A DNA stretch of 64,000 bases from IMG/VR virus record IMGVR_UViG_3300050343_000265, positions 19,954 to 83,953 of that record, one strand, 5' to 3'. The position numbers and the translations under genes are program-made. The notes under the pieces are model-generated. The model was not told the DNA's origin and made no database searches. It saw only the letters and a list, made by a program, of their open reading frames with translations. The DNA comes from a virus. Below are positions 60,640-64,000 of the stretch, piece after piece. Position 1 is the stretch's first letter; every line of letters begins with the position of its first letter.

Positions 60640-60893
60640 CTAGGCTGTCCATTCTTCGGAAGCTTCGGCAACAAATCGTGCTCTATTTGGAGCTCGTTGA
60701 TTGTTTCCTTAAGCTTGTCGGCAGCACGTTCATATGAGAGTAATCTATTTTGTAGGACAGCGATTTCATCCGCTGCTTGTTTCTGTCTGAGCTCTGCATA
60801 TTTGGCATCTGAGATGACATAGACATCTCCGCCAAAGGGGATTTGAGCCATATCGTTTATTAAATGGAAGGGTGAGAGGTTATAGAAGGACAT
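60640..60893 (-). CDS. Coiled-coil protein (one-base deletion near 3' end)
   Basis: DVYVISD..YAEL...EI; ends EASEEWTA* in the shifted frame. Confidence 0.45.
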
Positions 60894-60921
60894 CCTGCTT
60901 CTTTATATATACCGGACTTCT

Positions 60922-61188
60922 CTAAGATAGACTGTCCAGGTCTCTACGTTGGTGTGTAGAACCGTCCTGGTTCTTGGTAATTTCCCGAACCATATCGTCG
61001 TAGAAGTCGTCGCCAAACTGTCGTCGTACCTTCTTCTCTAGGTCTACTCCACCAAGTACAGATACATCGTTATAGATGATCTGATAAAGGTAGGATAGTG
61101 CCTTCTGGTGAGACATACTTTCGACTACTGCGGAAGCGTATTCTTCCTTAGCTCTCATGAGCTCTCGTCCTGTTAATGCAGTCATCAC
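60922..61188 (-). CDS. Hypothetical protein
   Basis: ORF track. Confidence 0.55.
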   Translation of the reverse strand: MMTALTGRELMRAKEEYASAVVESMSHQKALSYLYQIIYNDVSVLGGVDLEKKVRRQFGDDFYDDMVREITKNQDGSTHQRRDLDSLS

Positions 61189-61310
61189 TGATATCGTCCG
61201 TTAGATGTACGGTTGCGCTTGAAGCTATAAGTTGCAACTGTAGCTGTAGCAAACAGTCCCAACATACCAATGATAGCCAGGATGATTGTAGATGAGTCGT
61301 ATGTAATCAT
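61185..61310 (-). CDS. Small single-TM protein
   Basis: Manual: MITYDSSTIILAIIGMLGLFATATVATYSFKRNR... Confidence 0.5.
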   Translation of the reverse strand: MITYDSSTIILAIIGMLGLFATATVATYSFKRNRTSNGRYQ

Positions 61311-61712
61311 TAGATGATGATATAAAGAACATGTATAAATAGACCACCCATTAGGGTGGATATTCTTATGGTGTAACCACTGCTATATCTTCCTTAGGGA
61401 AGATGAATGGCAGTAGAACCATAGGGAATGCTAGCACTTCCATGTGGAGACCCACGGTAATTGCTGCATAGATTGGTAGTAGAACTTTCATAGTCTGTGT
61501 ATAGATAACACAGAAGAAAAGAGAGCTTGTTAATGCTCTAGTTCATGGCAGGAGGAGAGAATCTCCACTGCTTCTTTATTAGTGATTGTTCCTTGTTGTG
61601 TGGCATATGCCAACTCCACTGCCACCTCAGTGCACATAAGTGAACTATTAGGTGGTACGGCAGTGAACAATAGGGTAGTTATAAGTATCGTCTTAATCAT
61701 TTCTTAATAAGC

Positions 61713-62270
61713 CTAAACGTCCTCGTCGATAATGTTGCCAAGGGAGTTGCCAAGTACGGCAGCAGTAATAGGTGCGGCAAGGTAGGAAAGATATCCACCT
61801 GCCAACCGTCCTTGCTGTCCTAACCGTGCAGGACGTCCCGCATCTTCCATAAGAGCAAGTGCATTCTTACTGGCAAGAGCTTCATCAAGAAGAACAGGGG
61901 AGGCTAATGCAATAGTTCCGAGCATAGCTTCGTCAAGATCGTCATCGCCAGGGGTCATAGCAGCAGCTGCAATAGGAGTAATTCCAGTAGCAGCACCCAA
62001 GGCGACAGCGAGCTTAGGATTGCTAGAAACTAAGTCACGAAGGCGTCGAATCTTATCCCCAACAGGGGAGTTAAGAGAGGTCTGATGTCCTAATTCGTGA
62101 GCAAGATAAATCTCGTCAGCATTAGGGTTGTATTGAATAGTGCTAGGCAGACGTTGTCCTTTAGCAATATCCATTTGTCCATCAGGACCAGGTGCATACC
62201 TTGAACCATGGGAGGCATACCGCATTGCATTCAATGCATCCAATAATTCAGGATCATTAGATTCAATCAT
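61713..62270 (-). CDS. Zinc metallopeptidase (YugP-like); may join 62309-62491 through an indel
   Basis: AHELGH...EALASKNAL...YLSYLAA. Confidence 0.65.
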   Translation of the reverse strand: MIESNDPELLDALNAMRYASHGSRYAPGPDGQMDIAKGQRLPSTIQYNPNADEIYLAHELGHQTSLNSPVGDKIRRLRDLVSSNPKLAVALGAATGITPIAAAAMTPGDDDLDEAMLGTIALASPVLLDEALASKNALALMEDAGRPARLGQQGRLAGGYLSYLAAPITAAVLGNSLGNIIDEDV

Positions 62271-62558
62271 CTCCCTCAGTTTTGCACCAGTGGGAGCTTC
62301 ATTAGCGTTTAAACCAAGACTTGAATTGGATTAGAACCAGCAGCTTTCTCTGCCCGTTCACCATATGCTTTAAGCAGACTGTCACGTGCACCAGGTCCAG
62401 CAGCACGTTTGTGAGGCTTGGCCCGCATCAAGTCTCGTTGAGCAACAGCACCGGGAATTTGTGCAGCTAGTAATGTAAGTAAAGGATGCACGGTATGATA
62501 TTAATGCAGTAATTCAATTGTAGAAGAAAACAAAAACCCCCCGTAAGGGGGGGGAGAC

Positions 62559-62723
62559 TCAGAGCTCAGGGTCACAGAGATCGGCAGGCCACTGAACGTA
62601 GACCTGGGCTGGAGTACCGCAAGAGCGGTAGAACTCAGCCATGTTCTGTGCTTCTTCATAAGAAGAGAACTCTTGAGTCCGAATGTCATCCGTATAAGGA
62701 GGACGGTATTGAACAAAGTTCAT
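62559..62723 (-). CDS. Small putative early protein
   Basis: MNFVQYRPPY...FSSYEEAQNMAEFYRSCG. Confidence 0.6.
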   Translation of the reverse strand: MNFVQYRPPYTDDIRTQEFSSYEEAQNMAEFYRSCGTPAQVYVQWPADLCDPEL

Positions 62724-62781
62724 AATAATGTAAATGAGAAAGAACACAGTGAAATAAACCCCGCGTTAGCGGGGTAATATG

Positions 62782-62955
62782 TCAGAAGTGAAGGTTGTTA
62801 ATTTGCTCTGTGGAGGGGACGTAGTCAAGACGAACGTCGTCCCAGTCTTCGAAAGACTTAGCAAATGACTTTGCTTCTTGATACGAGTCGAAGCATTCAC
62901 GAACAGCATCAAAGCTGTCGTTACCGCAGATCTCGTAATGAGTGACTGTGTACAT
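62782..62955 (-). CDS. Small putative early protein
   Basis: Manual: MYTVTHYEICGNDSFDAVRECFDSYQEAKSFA... Confidence 0.55.
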   Translation of the reverse strand: MYTVTHYEICGNDSFDAVRECFDSYQEAKSFAKSFEDWDDVRLDYVPSTEQINNLHF

Positions 62956-63009
62956 CGTGAAGATGTGAAGAACACAGTGAAATAAACCCCCCGTAAGGGG
63001 GGAGTGAGC

Positions 63010-63333
63010 TCAAGCCGCAGCGGCGGGAGCGGGAGCAGAAGCTTCAGCAGCAGGAGCAACCTGTGCTTTGTCATCTGACTTTGCAGTGAAAGGGTTGATA
63101 GACAAGCCCTTTGATTGACGATCACCTGCGTAGATCAGTCCAGCCGAGATGCCGGAGGCAGCAAGAACTTGAGCAGGAAGCACAGCGGTAACGAGTGCAA
63201 CACCTGCGACACCGGTACCAGCGGCTACAAGCACGCCAGCGGTTGTCAGAGTGTTCTTGTCGAGCATGCCTTTAGATCCAGCAAGAAGTGCAGGACCGTC
63301 AGCTTGATCGACGAGGAAGTCAAAGTTTGACAT
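63010..63333 (-). CDS. Two-TM Ala-rich membrane protein
   Basis: ORF track; biased codon usage; hairpin element upstream. Confidence 0.65.
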   Translation of the reverse strand: MSNFDFLVDQADGPALLAGSKGMLDKNTLTTAGVLVAAGTGVAGVALVTAVLPAQVLAASGISAGLIYAGDRQSKGLSINPFTAKSDDKAQVAPAAEASAPAPAAAA

Positions 63334-63411
63334 GTTAGGAATGAAATGTAGAACATGAATAAATAAAGAGCGCGTTAGCGCTCAGCAGTTGTATGTACTG
63401 GAAAGCTGTGT

Positions 63412-63579
63412 CTAGAAAGGGATGTCGTCGAACTCAGCTTTCTCCATAGGCTGATCAAGGAAGAGTGGATACTCTTCATCGGGAGCATTACAGTCAAAGT
63501 TGTAGACAACGCCAACGTAGTTGCCGTCCTCATTTATGTACGTGTAACCGGAGTTACCGAACTGTTGAAGGAAGATCAT
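63412..63579 (-). CDS. 55-aa peptide ending in EFDDIPF (SSB-tail-like)
   Basis: Manual translation; hairpin element upstream. Confidence 0.6.
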   Translation of the reverse strand: MIFLQQFGNSGYTYINEDGNYVGVVYNFDCNAPDEEYPLFLDQPMEKAEFDDIPF

Positions 63580-64000
63580 GATTTAATTATGTAAAGAACA
63601 TACATAATTAGAGAGCGCCTTAGCGCTCAATAACCCTCACGAGTTCCCTTAGTGGTAGGTGTGGTAGGTTCACACAACACAGAGGCCGAGAGACATCTAA
63701 TGTTACGCACAAGTTCTAACGTAAGTTATGAACGACAGTTATCCAACTGAAGTAACTGGTGCTTACAAATGTGAACGCAAGACGAGAACGAACACAACAC
63801 AATAGTTAACATTAAGTGTTGAACTAAAGATATTGTGTGAGTTCTACTTGCGTGAACAGAAGAATAAACGTGAGCTCAATTGCGTAAGCAATTACGAGCG
63901 AACTACAGTAGTAATGAGCGAGCGAAGCGAGCGGGTGAAACCCTTGTGCTCTACTAGTTTATTTTTTTTGTTCCACCGGCCGATCGGGAACAGAGGGTAT

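Noticed and set aside
62766-63125. Track ORF of 119 aa
   Set aside because: It crosses a hairpin element and overlaps better ORFs (63010-63333 and 62782-62955).
59565-63628. Hairpin repeats as a CRISPR array or integron attC cassettes
   Set aside because: Spacers are whole genes of variable length, stems differ in sequence and there are no cas genes. TAAC lies in the loop and cannot pair with the downstream GTT as attC R''/R' boxes require.

Overview
The window is a large part of a dsDNA tailed cyanophage genome, probably infecting marine Synechococcus (psbA, hli, two NblA-like genes). Its architecture recalls S-EIV1-like phages, which I cannot confirm without a search. Layout: a + strand virion module (N4-gp56-like major capsid, tail fibres with S74 chaperone domains, GH19 and GH24 lysins; 0.5-20.4 kb); a tyrosine recombinase next to a tRNA-Ser-like attP (20.5-21.4 kb); lysis and accessory genes, including a glutamine-riboswitch/DUF4278 unit and a protein kinase; a - strand replication module (split PolA, VirE-type primase-helicase, exonuclease, SSBs, ThyX, class I RNR, MazG-like, IF-1; 29-47 kb); photosynthesis genes with an EndoVII homing endonuclease; tRNA-Asp; and a - strand small-gene, probably early, region. 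The strongest unexplained signal is about 15 copies of a covarying 6-bp-stem/4-nt-loop hairpin exactly 12 nt upstream of a TGTYC-like box, each in front of a putative early gene. This is a candidate structure-defined promoter or processing system. Other signals: two iteron-flanked origin-like elements, three catalytically degenerate enzyme homologues, an SSB-tail-mimic peptide, a kissing-loop ncRNA candidate and a -1 frameshift candidate. Several single-base indels (psbA twice, HNH, RlpA and others) suggest residual sequencing errors. All family assignments come from motif recognition, not database searches.
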